From Dicyema japonicum (Eukaryota > Animalia > Dicyemida), in NCBI GenBank assembly GCA_011109175.1, contig RDEW01000006.1:5612-69611 (forward strand): DNA of 64,000 bases, read 5' to 3'. Each line of letters opens with the position of its first letter. Within the stretch, counting starts at the first letter, position 1. The notes under the pieces were generated by a model. The model was not told the origin of the DNA and ran no database searches. It saw only the letters and a program-made list of their open reading frames with translations. A program made the translations under genes and the position numbers. Positions 48,426-61,790 of this stretch are shown here, piece by piece.

Positions 48426-51017
48426 GGCGTCATGTGGTCCACCTTTTATGGTGGCGCCGAGTGCTTCATGCACAGAACAGGACCTACACTTTCTTCCCAT
48501 CTGGAGTCATCTCCAGACGACAACCCTGCTGCCTCAGTTTCCTCTGGATAAAATACCAAACCTTGCTACTTGCCGCGACGTGGAGCAAAACCCCAAAGCC
48601 GCAACTAACGATTCTACAGCTTAACAACAATGGAATCAGAGGAAAAATTCTCGAACTACGCGCTTACCTAAATAAACAAAATGTGGATGTGGCAGCAATT
48701 CAAGAGACCACATTGACGCCTACCTCAACTACTCCTTTCTTCCCTGGATACAACTGCATCCGCTTGGACTGGTTGAACAGAAAAGGCGGGGATCTCATGT
48801 TTATCATCAAGAACGGGTTACTGTATACTGACATCACAGATGACCTCAAATCTTTGACCCAAGATGATGTTACAGAAATAACAGGTATCTCGGTTCCCGC
48901 CGTCATTGGAATTGTCAACATTGGTAATATTTATGTCCTATTTCCCCTTTCCTGCCCGAAGGGACATAACCTCTCGAAGGTTAACAACCTAAGGAATCTG
49001 ATTATTTGCTGAGATTTAAATAACACACCCAACTTTGGTTAAAATCACAACGAGCTGACTCCAGAGGGTGGTCCGTACTTGAACAACTTTCGCCAATGTC
49101 GATCCTCAACAATCCGAAGACCCATACTAGGACGCCTTACAAGGATGATGAATTTTATACCTCTTCTGGACCTTACACTTTGCACCATTAACCTAACTTC
49201 AACCATTTCATGGTGTGTCGACTATGACTTGAACTCCGATCACAACCCAATCATCATCGGAATCAAGAAAGCCAATCTTTCACGAAGAAAACTACGTCAT
49301 TCTAAAATATAAGAACGCAAACTGGAGAGATTATACAACTTCACAGACATAATGCTACAAAACTTCCACACCAATTTATTCAAATCTATTGACGGAGCTG
49401 TGAAAAACCTGATAACGTGATTTTGTTAGAAAGAAAACTATTTATCCAAGATGCTCTTTCAGGCGGTTCAACGATAAACTAGATATAGAAACTAGAGCCC
49501 TCATCAAAGAAAGGAATCAGCTTAAAAGGAATCTTCCACCTTTCCCCGGGAGGAGAAGCCAAATTAAGAGTTTTAACGACGCATTCACACAGAGGTTGAA
49601 GTCATCTCAAAGTAATGATTAGGAAAGCATAATCAGAGGTCTTTGCAACCATAAATCTACTAATTACATGTGGAAGACCAGTAAAAAGCTCGGACCATAT
49701 ACAATACCCAATAACACAGGCCATCCAAATGTCCAAGAATTAAACAACCTTATGAAGTTTTATGTCGGAATTAGCCACAAGAAATTCCTGAAAACCCGCC
49801 ATTCCTTTACGTCCATGAAGCCAAAAATATTTTCTTTATTATAATGCTTATCACACTCCGATATTTGGAATGAAATCAAAGATACAAAATTTTCTTTTTT
49901 CTGCGGTCCTGATTTGATTCCGGCTATTCTTCTCAAATCTCGGCCTAATTGGAATAGAGGCGTCCGGAACATCTTTAACTTTCAATAAACTATAACCAAA
50001 TTCCAGACATTTGGAAAAAGTACAACATACGCCCAATTCTCAAGCCGGGAAGGCCGAAGGACGACCCTCTTCGTACAGACCCATTGCACTATTATGCTCA
50101 TCCTCGAAGCTTTTGGAAAAACTCGTTCTACGCATCATTCACCCTGCCCTTCCCCTTGCACATCTCCAACATGGTTTCAGGAGAGACTGGTCTACATCAA
50201 CACACCTCACCTCATTGAACCATTTCATTATTGAAGGCTTTCCTGCAAACCCACATCTAAAATCTGTTCTATGCTGTCTCGACCTACAAAAGGCTTTCGA
50301 TTCTGTATCCAGCTAAATCCTCACTCAAAAAAATATTTAGACTATCCATAAACTCGAACATAAAATTATGGCTTTTAAATTTCCTCAGCGGAAGGAGCCA
50401 GTTATGGAAGACTCTATAATTCTCGCTTATGCTTATGACCTACTCATCATTTCACATGATAAAGAACTCACGAATGCTTCAAAAAAGTACAAGAACTCTT
50501 GTTTAAATTCAAACTCGGCTACATCAAAACCGGATGAACAAATCTCCCGAAAATTCCTCCACTACTCTATTTACCTCGGATAAAAAGCTCGGATTATATA
50601 CCGTGGATCTATTCCTGGACAACGAAAAAATCCTTTTTACGAAGAACCCTAAATTCTGAGGGTCACTTTTGATACGCACATGTGTTTTTCTGCTCATATT
50701 GAGACCATTGGAACTTGTCAGAGAAACATTGGTTTAATCAAATCCATATTTGGTGGAATAAAAAAGCCATTCCCTGCTCTCGGTATTTTCTATAAGCAAT
50801 TCATCGAGCCAGCAATCAGTTACGCCTGTGCAGCATGCGGAATTAATCTCGCGTGGACCAACCGTCTTAAAGTTGATAACACCCTATGCCGAGAGGCGCA
50901 TACCATAATGTCAAAAGTCCAACAACGGAAGAAGCTGAGAAAGCTTCTCAGGATTGTCGGGATCACCTAATCAATTTCAAGAGACTAACTATTGGTGTTT
51001 TTGGGTTAAATAAAAAA
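48426..51017 (+). mobile_element. Near-full-length, decayed Ingi/Vingi-like (I-group) non-LTR retrotransposon: HDV-like head, 2A-like motif, APE, RT, (TAAA) tail; no ORF1
   Basis: Head at 48426-48487. LATCRDVEQNPK at 48562-48597. APE: LTILQLNNNGIRGK..DVAAIQETTL..PGYNCIRLD..KGG. RT: YRPIALLC..LLEKLVL..QHGFR..ST..CLDLQKAFDSV, then AYAYDLLI. C-terminus EPAISYACAACGINLAWTN. Frameshifts, stops and internal deletions present. Confidence 0.85.
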
Positions 51018-51050
51018 CAGTAATCAATATTCTTTCTTCAATACTAATGA

Positions 51051-51111
51051 GGCGCCATGGGATCTACCTGACTCACGCGACAATGCTTGGCTGGCATCCA
51101 AAAGAGATTCT
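51051..51111 (+). ncRNA. HDV-like element ~35 bp downstream of the LINE tail
   Basis: GGCGCC-AT-GGGATCT-ACC...ATGC/GCAT P4, J4/2 CAAAAG, P2' AGATTCT (compensatory). P3'/P1' decayed; shared leader follows. Confidence 0.55.
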
Positions 51112-53242
51112 TTCCCTCCCTACTGCAGCGGAGGAGCTACTACAATGAGGATATGGATACACGTGATACTTGTAATAGATGCGTCCCACTCTGACCATGG
51201 GAACCTTAGAAGCTAATTAACTCTTAACCTCTTTCCGGTATACACAAGTGAACTTCAAATTTGGGCATTTAAGCTATACAAGAATCTCTCAAGTGACGAA
51301 ATGTAGGTTGTCTTCTTTGGAAAAACATCAGATGGATAAAGTTCAGTAGCCGACTCCATGTTTCAGTCACAGTTAGTCCCTAATAATCTTTTACACACAA
51401 AATATTGCTATTTTACATTTGAATGGCTGTGGGCCTAATAGTAGTCACAAAATGTTTGGAATATTAGAGAAAACTGCACTATCATGTTTAAGTAATTTGT
51501 TCTGATTTTCTAATGATGCTTTTACTTCAAATGAGCAGTTGAGTTACTACCACCACTGGGACGTATCCTCTGCGTACTCAAAAGAGAATTATAAGAGATT
51601 GAAGGAATAGAACTGATTTTTCTAGTTGACTAATTGAAAATTATGTCGAATGACCGTTCACAGTAAAACGTTTTTACGCATCGTCAAATGAAAAATTAGA
51701 AAATATGACGAATCGATAGTCTTTGGATAATAAAATAAATAAAATAAAATTATTCCAAAGATAATTAGATAATTTAGATTTATTATGAAGTTGAGTGAGA
51801 AAGATGAGAGATTGAAGAAGTTTGAGTTGGTATTCCAGGATTGCCTATACTACTTAAGATCAACACATTCTATTAATATTAATTTAAAATCTTCCCTACA
51901 ATAAAAAATAATTGTTTTTATTTAAAAATACAAATCATTAGATTTTATTTTAATAAACAAAAAAGTTAGTTGTTATGGCGAGGTTTTATTGTGGCATGCA
52001 GGCTTTGATTACCAAATGGGAATTATCTAGCTTAATCGCAGTCCTGGAGGAGCCATTGTGTCATTCTAGGCTCGCCTTCCGCAGCCCCACAACTGTCCGA
52101 TTAGTCTGATAAACTCAGACATGCTCGAACCAATAACATTAGACGTCTCAACGGAGATCGGCTGAAAGCGAACCGGTCACCAACACGAGGTACTTTCTCA
52201 TTTATAAGTTTTCAGGAATGCTCGCTTAGGAACCAACGCGCAACGATGACTTGAGCAAATTCCCTGTAGAGAAAGTGTCCGTGCACGTTGAATCCTAGGA
52301 AAGACACCTCTCTTGCCTCCATGAATGGGAAACAAGCAATTCTTGGTCAGTGGAATATACTGAGACATAAGAGTATTGTGAGATAGTTACTATCTTTTAG
52401 ACATTAAGTGACACTACGATACAAGGTGTTGACTGCAATAGCTTCATAATGACTGAAATTAAACCATTTTGGATTGAGTGTTATCTCCTTTACCAAATTA
52501 GAAAAATTATTATTATAAGAACTAAAGGTGACACTAAAATCGACTCGAAATAACTTTACACCTTTTCCCAGTCGAAACTTGCTGGTTCCGCGTTGGAAGC
52601 TAAGAAGGTCTCAGACTTTGAGAATTGTAATATAAAAAAATTCAACTGCCCTTCTTTCAGATTCCATGTACAGTCTATTGCCGTATAGATACGAGTGGAG
52701 CATTTTTTGCCTAAGAGGGTCACTTTTCTAAGATCTCCTGAGTCAACGACATCAAAAAATAGTAATGAACATTGGTTTTAGCGAACATTCAATAAATCAT
52801 AATATTTTAAATTATTAATTTGATATTCGAAGTCGATTAATCATACTTTTGACCTTTTTGAGTTGACAAGTCATCATTATTTTTTTCCACAATCAGGAAT
52901 CTTAGCTGACGGACAGTAATGTTTGATTTCGCATGCCATTATGGTTACGGTGGTAAATATTGTAAATAAGGTCAGTTAGGGCCGATCTATTAACTTTTTT
53001 ATTTTATTTTGTATTAATAATAAAGATCATTAAGATCACTGACTCTTTAAACAGAATCAGATAGCTCATCGCGGAGAGGAAAAATGATAAAAGAGAAAGG
53101 AGATGGCTAATTGAGTGCAGTTCCTTGCAAATCGTCAGGGGAATTTAATTTTTATTTTGTTAAAACACCATATTATATAATAATTTACATTTTCGGGTAG
53201 GATATTTTTATTTTTATTCAATTTCATTTAAAATAGATTGTA

Positions 53243-54050
53243 CAATAAACTCTCTCAAATTTGCCAATTCTGAAATTTGCCATTTTTTAATCGATTTTTT
53301 CTATTTTTCAATGATATTTGCCATTTCTGAAATTTGCCAACATTTTAAAAAATTATTTTTATTTTTTAAAATATTTTTAAAAATTTAAATAATTTAAAGC
53401 AAGCATGGGTCGGGATGTTCCTGTTGGAGGCTACACCTGACTTTCAATTGCTCAAAAAGTGGAAAATATTGGATATAAAGAAACAAATAAATCAGCTTCA
53501 TGTCAGACCAAATGCAACAGATTTTCTTCTATTTTTAAAAGGAGAATGTCAAGTAGGACTGTCAATACAATATTAATGAATGCAGAATCGCTTTTATTTC
53601 AGTTTAAGAATAGAAATCCTAAACTAAAAACTTGTAAAAATTAAAAACCCAGAGCTTGATGAAAAATCTAGTCGATTGGATGGATTTAATGGAATCAAAA
53701 GGTACACTATTTACTATAACATTTAAGGTGCTTTATTGAACGATTCTCTAATATTACACAAGGCAGAATTTTTCGACCTATGGATCTGGGAATCATCAAA
53801 TCTTTCAAAGTTCATTTTACAAGGCACAAATTACTACATTCAACGGATATATTGGAATGCGAGAATAGCTCAGTATATGATAAAATAAGATGTTTAATCT
53901 TAGGGATACTGTACTGTTTGTAAATTGGCATGGGAAGATGTAAAATTTCAAAACAATTTCAACTGTTTTAAACGTATCTAAAGCGGAGTTCAGCATGCAT
54001 TTCAGTGGGGAGTTCTCAGAAAGATAATATTTTAGAAATTCTTTTGAATA
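53243..54050 (+). mobile_element. pogo/Tigger-like element 5' portion (left TIR plus decayed HTH)
   Basis: TA|CAATAAACTCTCTCAAATTTGCC with repeated (TCTG)AAATTTGCCA subterminal motifs; SRTVNTILMNAE and GALLNDSLILHKAEFF resemble CENP-B/Tc5 HTH. No right TIR was found. Confidence 0.5.
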
Positions 54051-54128
54051 ATTAACTCCAAATTGTTCCGTTCACTCAAATCTTTGAAATCTAGTATAAA
54101 AAAGATACTCCTTGCGGCTAGGCTAGAG

Positions 54129-54269
54129 GAGTGACGCCGTCATCAGTGGAGATTCACTGCGAAACTGATAGTCAAAAAGACATACACACAAGAAAAAGAA
54201 AAAACAAAGAAGTGAAGAGCATTCCACTATTCTCCCTTTATGAATAGTTATAATAACTGTTCTTTACTT
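54129..54269 (+). mobile_element. 5'-truncated SINE copy
   Basis: GAGTGACGCCGTCATCAGTGGAGATTCACTGCGAAACTG...ACACAAGAAAAAGAAAAAAC...TAACTGTTCTTTACTT. Confidence 0.8.
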
Positions 54270-56559
54270 TGTTGAAGTGTGTTTTCAGCGAGAGCGAACC
54301 CTAGGCATCTTACGTGCTTATGGCAACGCGGTAGTGCTTAATTATTATTATAAGGAAGCTTTAATTATACATTCTACCTAACATAGTTTCACTAGTGCTC
54401 GTGCAATTATTTTTCAAAGTGTTGTTATAACAACAGTGGCCATTTTTTATTTGGACTTTATTTTAGGTTACAAATCTTTCTAAACTTTTCTCTATTATAA
54501 TAGAAAAAACCATGTTCATGCCTCAAATAATAAAAGTTTCCAAATAAAAAGGGACAAACCTTAGCTTTAGAGAAGAATCGGGTTGTGGAAAAATAACCCT
54601 AGGGATGACTTTATTGTACCAAAATGAACCCACTAGTAGAACATTATTTTTGAAGTGGAGGCCATGATGCTTACCACATGGGGAAAATGCAAATCATTTT
54701 AAAATACTGCTATGACGCGTACTACTAGGAGAAACATGCAATTCATCGTTCTCATAGATCGGTCAGTCCCGGCATTGTAGACGAACGTTGTGCTAATTCA
54801 TGAAATTCAAATAGGTGATTTGATTTGTTCTCAACACGTAGAGGTTGCAAAAGAGACAGAAGATATCGTATGTTGGTAGAGAGAAGAAGTGCAAAGAATT
54901 ATTTGTCTGTTATTATTATTACCCCAGGATCACTGAGTCTGGGTCAATGAAAAAAAAAAAGTTCTCATCAAACTAGGTGATCCCAGACCGACCAGGGGAA
55001 CGTCGAAACTCGGTGATGAGATCTCGAACGCTTTCCAAATCGAGCTCAGAGTCATTCGGTCCTACCTCAAGACTTGAACTCCACATTTGAATCCTTCTCA
55101 TTTTTTAATTTTCTCAAAACGTTTCTCCCAGTTTTATGTAGGTGTCCTGGATCTTTGATCTCCTAATGAAATCGTTGATCCGATCCTCTACAATTTTGAT
55201 AATTGTTACTATCACCTTGTCTTCGTCTTCGCTTAACAGTATCTCAGTTTCTTGTTTAAATAGAGCTTAACTAAGGCTCTTTTTGTTTTCTCTAGGAAAA
55301 TCAGATCTTCTTCCTCTAAGGAGAGAAGCATCCATCGCACCCATAAAGTAGGCTTGGTAGAATAACTTTATTTTAGAAGAAGAGTTACTTATCATGGTCA
55401 ACGTATAATTTTCATGTCTTCAAAGGCTTGAATATTTTTTTTGAATATTTTTTTGGATGATCCTTCAGATTGTATAATACTTAATGTGAGGTATATCATG
55501 ACATTATAATCGAAATGATGAAGGGTCACACAAGAAACACTGAAAACACTTATTTTGGAGAGGAATACGAATTTGAACCAACATGATGGAGTTTGATCAT
55601 ATTATATCCGTGAAGGCTCATATACGGACACGTGTTTGTATTGGTGCCACCAATTTACAACGTTATAAATTATTGGGACAAAAATCTAACGTTCGATTCG
55701 CTCTAATTAAAAGACAAAAGTACTAATTCATGGAGTACTTTGTTTCCGCTCAAATCACATGCTCCTAAATTTCCTCCGTTTTATCACGAAAGGAAAAGAA
55801 ATCTTTGACCAAGTACTCAACAAAGGAATTAAAACTCACAAACAGTGTCACAGGTTATCTTACCACTAGGATATGTGGTTTATTAAACAAGTCTTACAAA
55901 CATTCATGTTGCGATTTTTCTGGTTTTTATAAAATTTCCAAATGTAAACTGATCATATTGAGCCTACAAAAAGGTAATCCATGTATTTAAAGATTCTTCT
56001 ATTTTCTACGCAACTAGACCTGAAATTTCTAATACAAACTTTCCAAAGTCACCAATGTCTGTTCGCAACTCAGGGATCTGGATTGCATAATGTAGGCAAA
56101 ATTTTAAGGCTCGTTTTTGAAAGATTAAATAATTGAAATACCCACCGATGAACTATATGACATAGTTGTATCAGGAGTATCTGTTTCGTCTAACTTAGCT
56201 TATGATTTTCTTGTAGTGAATCTGGAATTGAAAAAACATGGCATTGGGATGGATTAAACGTTTAACATACTATCAAACTGAGCGACTGCCAGTAAGGCAC
56301 GAATTACATTAAGAAAATTAAGCATATTTTCGCTTGAATTTGCCTCAAAAGACAATATGGACGCTTGTGTCGATGGTTTTGTCTTGAGAGCTCCATTTGG
56401 TAATGATGGACATGTTTTTACTACTTTTTTCCTACATCCTTCCTCTGTTGTTGTGAAGGGTAAAATTAACTGTTGTAAAATAAACTTTGAAGTCTAGAGC
56501 AGAAGCCACGTAGTTTGTGAGACTGGGGATAGTCTTTGGGTTCCAGAGTAGAAAGTCCT

Positions 56560-57400
56560 TTATCCACATGAAAAGTTTCTTTTGAATATCAGCAGCTGCT
56601 AGCCTTGATAGGAGGGCTTCGTGCCACACGCTATCAAAAGCCTTGGACAGATCCAAACATACCAGGTTGAATAGTCTTTTGAATTCCAGAACTCTCAATA
56701 CCATTGAATGCATCTGGTAGATGCAGTCCGTTCAAGATTTTTCAGGTCTGAAGCCACATTGTTCTGCGATGAGGAACCCACTCTCTTCTACGTGGTCGTT
56801 AAGCCTTCTGAAGAGAATTTGTTCGATAATCTTGGAGATCGAACAGATGAGGCTTATTGCCTATAGCTGAATGGGTCCCTCCTCGATTTTCCCGGTTTCA
56901 GTATCATTCTGACTATAGAAGATTTCCATCGTTTTGAGACATGGCCATGATGAATGCTTGCATTGAATAAATTCTTCAGTATGGAAAATAAAGCCTCTGG
57001 GCCTTCCTTGAACAATCTCATGCTTAGATGGTCAAGTCCCGGAGCGTTAGCCTTGCTTGTCATGATTGCACTCATGACTTCTTCAGTAGTTATTTTCATT
57101 TCAGTATCTTTGAGATCGTCCAAACAGTAGGTTAAAATTTCACGTGAAGAATCCAACATCTCCCTCGGAATAAGCTCCATCGGGTACCCCCTGAATGCGG
57201 TCAGTTGCATCTTAAAGATATCTGGGACTTCTTCCATAGAACATAGTCCACCTTCTAGCTTGGTCAAGGAGATTTTATGTCATTCCTTTTCTGGCCAGTT
57301 ATTCTTTTGTAGAACTTTCAGAACGAGGGGTCTTTGGTGTTTAGTTTGCTTGACTCTACCCTTAAAAATTGTTCTTGAGACAGTCTTGTTCCTTCTTCAA
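56560..57400 (-). mobile_element. Jockey/CR1-type LINE RT fragment
   Basis: ITTEEVMSAI..KANAPGLDHL..RWKSSIVRMILKPGK; EQCGFRP; CLDLSKAFDSVWHEALL. Confidence 0.85.
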
Positions 57401-58189
57401 TGGCTTTCTTGATTATCTTCAATTGTACCTCAAAACCCGTATCCATTAAACTACCTCCATGTATGAGACCAGAGTGCTTTGCACTCTGACACCATGTAAT
57501 TTAGAATTGGAAAGTTGCACGTGGATATGTTCTCCCTAGTCTAAATAAAGGAGAACCACAAACCGCATGAAATATAAATACCATCAAAGGTGTCATGATA
57601 GAGGAGACCACAGGATCGTTGCTGATGCTACTGAAGGAAGCCAATCTTTTGCTGTCGTTTCTCAACCAGGGTCTTCGTCAAATCCACAAAGAAGAGATTT
57701 TCTTCCTACACTCCACCCGGGTCATCGTCAAATCCACAAAAAGAGATGTTGTTTATTTTAAGCCGTGATTAGCTGAACCCCCTATATAACTAGCCAGTGA
57801 CCGTTGATTGTCCATTCAAGAGAATTTTTAGGTCAAAAAATTTGTCCTTCTTACGAATCACAGCCTCGTTTCTAGAAATTAAGCAGGTTTTCGGGTAGAA
57901 GAAAACAGAATCAATCAAAGAAGACACCACGTGGTCTAGTCTGAGTATATAATTTTTGTCTTGTTTTTTTAGCATTTGGCATTCTAAAGTTTAGAATTAA
58001 AGGGTCACTGAGATAATTTCCATGGGTAGTTGATATCACTGGTCAGTAATTATAGAAAAGACATCCATTGCGACTGTCGACTCACTCATCAGTAGGAGCA
58101 TCAAGTGTGTTATAGTATATATTCTTGATTGAGACTTCCGTAGGTCATCCATATATGATCAGCAGTCGATTGAATACGCATAACTTTAA

Positions 58190-58600
58190 AATTATTTATT
58201 CTATTTTAAAACCCCAAGGCCACCAAGAAAAAGGATTAACTCACTAATTAGGAAATCCAAACATCCAATGTCTCTCGAATGCTCCACCAGCAATCTAACT
58301 GCATTCCGGAAGTGCCTTCTTTTATGTCTGCAGAAGAATTATATTATGTACTTTATGGTCGAACTGAACATCTGCATGGGCCGACATTTCTCTGAAAGGT
58401 TTCCTAGCTCCTTGAGATACGTAGGAAGCCCTGTGCATTTTCAACATCGTCGCCTTTGAAAGGAGACTGGATATGGTGTCTGATTGCATTTGAGGTATGA
58501 TTTTCCCATGAGAGTTTATACGATCGACCCTAGAAGAGAGAATCTCCAGGCAGAACAGGCATATTCAATTTTCGGCACAATGACTTGAAGCTATAGTTTG
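58190..58600 (-). mobile_element. 3' end of an I/Jockey-group LINE
   Basis: VIVPKIEYACSAW motif, followed by a TTGGGGTTTTAAAATAGAATAAATAA tail. Confidence 0.6.
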
Positions 58601-60170
58601 CTGATAGAAGCTGTAAGTGGGATGGGACTCTTCTTTTAATAGCTTTTAGGACGTCCCAACAATTGATTTTATTTTTAAAAAATTATTATTATATATTTTT
58701 AATTTGTGAAATATAATTAAATTATGATTAATTAGATCTAATGGCTCTTTTCCACCATGACTCAACGTCTCGTATATTCGTTGATAGACCACGTGCGAAG
58801 GATGATTTTTGTCAAAGGACTTATTGGGCTGTCTCGAGGATAGCCCTGCATATTGGATCAACAGTCAATCCCCTACTTACGGAAGCTACAAACAGTAATC
58901 GTGGATATGGATTTTTTCGCGTCTCTGAAGATGCTGGAAACCCCATTTCCAAGGCAAAAAGAAAACCGATTTGTTAAAAGTTTCCCTTCCCATAAAAGTA
59001 TAATCTTGTAATTTTAGAGCACTGAAATATCGTTGCTTACAGTCAAGATTCAAACTTAGAGGGGTTCAGTTATTAGCTTTCAGAAGATAGCTTCGCACCA
59101 CTGACTTTTGAGTGCATGAATCAAATGTCTCGTCCCAGGAAGTATGTATCTTGTAATTACATCTTTCAAGGTTTCCGTCGATCTACAATGTTCAATATTT
59201 TATAATAAACCTATCGTGAACCTCTACGAGAAACAGCTCCCTGTTCCGCGCTCGATTCCTCCAAGGACACAATGACCTTGGGTCCTTTGCTGATGCTCGT
59301 CCTTTTCTTACACTTTTTGAATTTCCATACATGTTTATCGACCACTAGATTCAACACAGAAAAGCGACAATAAATCTATTTATTACACATTTTCAAAAAT
59401 AACCTTGTACAGTCTGCAGAAAATTGTGTTCTTATCAAACGCCATGCTGCACACCACTTTATGCAATCCACAGACTCTGTGTACCCATCAGAATCCTCAA
59501 CATGAGAGTCATTCGGATTGAATGGCAGCACGACTCATTATTTCTTCTTGTGGAATTATGCTCTTGCTACCAGCTCGCACCTTGTTATTCAAATTTATTC
59601 AAATATAAAAGAGAAAGTTACTTTAAATATGCTGATATAATTAATAATATAATTATTTATTTTATTATTTCTTATTTTCTCGAATAAATATAGCTCATAG
59701 TTATATTTACCTACTGAACTGCAACATTACATACTGAACTTTTTTCCCTGACCAATCCTTCTGATGAAGATTGCATTATGTGAACTATTCGCTAAAGAAT
59801 GAAGTGATGTCTGCGACGGTAGGACGTGGGACAAAAATGGAAGAGAGCGGACCTACTTCTCCACCTCTCTTCGGAAACGGTAGCCTGTAGTGAAGTATTG
59901 AAAGATGGATTTGGTCGCACAAGCAGATGTTATCTTTGGTTCCTTCCTTGGATTAGTTAGTTATGACTGTTTGTGCTGGGCTTACAATGGTAAGCCTGGG
60001 GTTAATAATAATAACAACTGCAACATTACCTACTGAACTTTACAAAGAGTCATATTAGCTACAGCTCTTCCCAAGCAGGATGCACACAATTTATTTATGT
60101 AAATAACAGTTATCATAAGTAATCTTAAAGGAGAAGAATCAAGGAATGCTCTGAATCTCGTTTTTACGGC

Positions 60171-60292
60171 TGGAGGTTACATGGATCTATGATGCATTGG
60201 TTTGACGAGTGACGTCGTCATCAGCAGATACTTCACTGCGGACCGAATCGTCTACTAGGACTCACACGTAACACAAAGAAAAAAGTGAAGAA
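60171..60292 (+). mobile_element. Diverged, headless SINE copy
   Basis: GGTTTGACGAGTGACGTCGTCATCAGCAGATACTTCACTGCGGA...ACACAAAGAAAAAAGTGAAGAAC. Confidence 0.75.
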
Positions 60293-60429
60293 CACCATGT
60301 AGCTTTAATTCCGTGTTTTTCAGACAAGAGATAAATCACCAGCTTAACGATAAATCATATTACCTCTGGAAAAATAAATTATAATTTTATTTTTGTTAAA
60401 TATGTCTTAAAAATATGCAAATGCTTCCT

Positions 60430-61320
60430 GATTGATGAAATGCCTTATCATCCTTCCTCCGTCAGCATAGACAAGGTAACTGTCTCAAGAGACATTGGAA
60501 ACCCAATGTTTTGAACAAAGGGTGTGTACAAAATACGTGATATCTTTGTTTGAATCCCACTCATCCTAAAATTAGAGAATCATCAGCGAGTCTCTTGAGG
60601 CAGGCCATGTTAGTAAAAGCTAGTAACGTAACCCTGGTACTCCATGACGATTTTCACATTGGAAGAAAGTTGTTCCGTCTGGTATTTTATTGGCTTGGGA
60701 GAATCCGAGAAGCTCCGATTGGACAAGTAATCCGGCCGCTTCAAGTCTCTACGCAATAACTCCGCTGATTGCGGTGTATCTTGGATTCCTTCCATCACTC
60801 GACCGGTAAGAGAGACCATGAAAACCTTTCGCGTCCGTCATTCCTCAATATCTATAGCGATGGATCGCGCAAACATCTATTCCAAGGCGAACGAAAACCA
60901 AAATTCTCGTGGTGTCGTATACCAATAGTGTCCTATGTGAAGTGCATTGTAATGCTCCATGCCAAGCACCACTTTAGTTCGTCGATGCAGAAGCCAGACA
61001 TGCCAGACGATGCAAGTCAAGGTCTGGTTTTATTTCATCTATGATCTTTCTAAAAGCTTGTCCCACTTTTGATGATTATTAGCGTTTTTCGGGATTCCCA
61101 CACACTAGTCGTTTTTATGTAGCCTAAGGATCTGGCGTATGAGACCACTTGAAGCATATATCGAAGATTGAATAGCCGGGAGGGCGAGTTCTAGTAGTGA
61201 GCGTATTCCGATTCCTTCGTAGCGAAGTGGTAGTTTGAATTGGATCCAGCCAGTTTTATCAAAAGAAATTTTGCAATTCGGTCTATCCAGTCCACACATC
61301 TTCCGAGTTTGGTCCTCAGG
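60430..61320 (-). mobile_element. CRE-like element RT-thumb to RLE region, decayed
   Basis: WIQFKLPLRYEGIGIRSLLELALPA; VRLGIDVC..DAKGFHGLS..GRNPRYTAISGVI..LEAAG..KIPDGTT. Confidence 0.75.
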
Positions 61321-61329
61321 CGATTCCTT

Positions 61330-61790
61330 TCATTGATCAAAATAATGTAAAACGCGAAAGACTGATGCTTTTTCCATGATTGGTACTTGAGTATCTCCTT
61401 TTTGCGTAAAGCATTAAGTATGTCTCCATCATGATGGAGAGTTCTTTATCTATGATGTCGATTTCATTTCGGGAATAATCTTTATCCTTCCAGTCTTTGA
61501 GGTTTCTTGATATGTACTTTCTGTAGTGTTCCCAGTTTACTCTTTGTTAGGTCGTATCCTGTAACACAGAGTCCATAGGGTCTGTAGCTAGGTTCAATGA
61601 CATCTCTTGGGGTATAGTGTCACTCACGATGTCCCACATAATCATCGGCTTCTCTACATAAGTGTAGAGCAGTGGTGACACCTGGAACACCTCAAGCATG
61701 TCTCCCCCGTAGTGCGAGTAATGATTCGGTTTTTCCGATGTCAAAATCTCAAAGCCAGTCTTATCACTCAATTTTTTTAGTCTGATTCAC
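61330..61790 (-). mobile_element. LINE endonuclease C-terminus/linker fragment
   Basis: PNHYSHYGG..EVF.VSPLL...WDIVSD followed by a VNWEHYRKYI linker motif. Confidence 0.4.

Noticed and set aside
54745-54830. GIVDERCANS reading like an insulin A chain
   Set aside because: The other two copies of this repeat do not keep that frame or the cysteines.
58741-59300. VIVDMDFFAS (DinB/Pol kappa-like) and DSFAP..MNQ (XRN-like) motifs
   Set aside because: Isolated short matches with no colinear flanking motifs.
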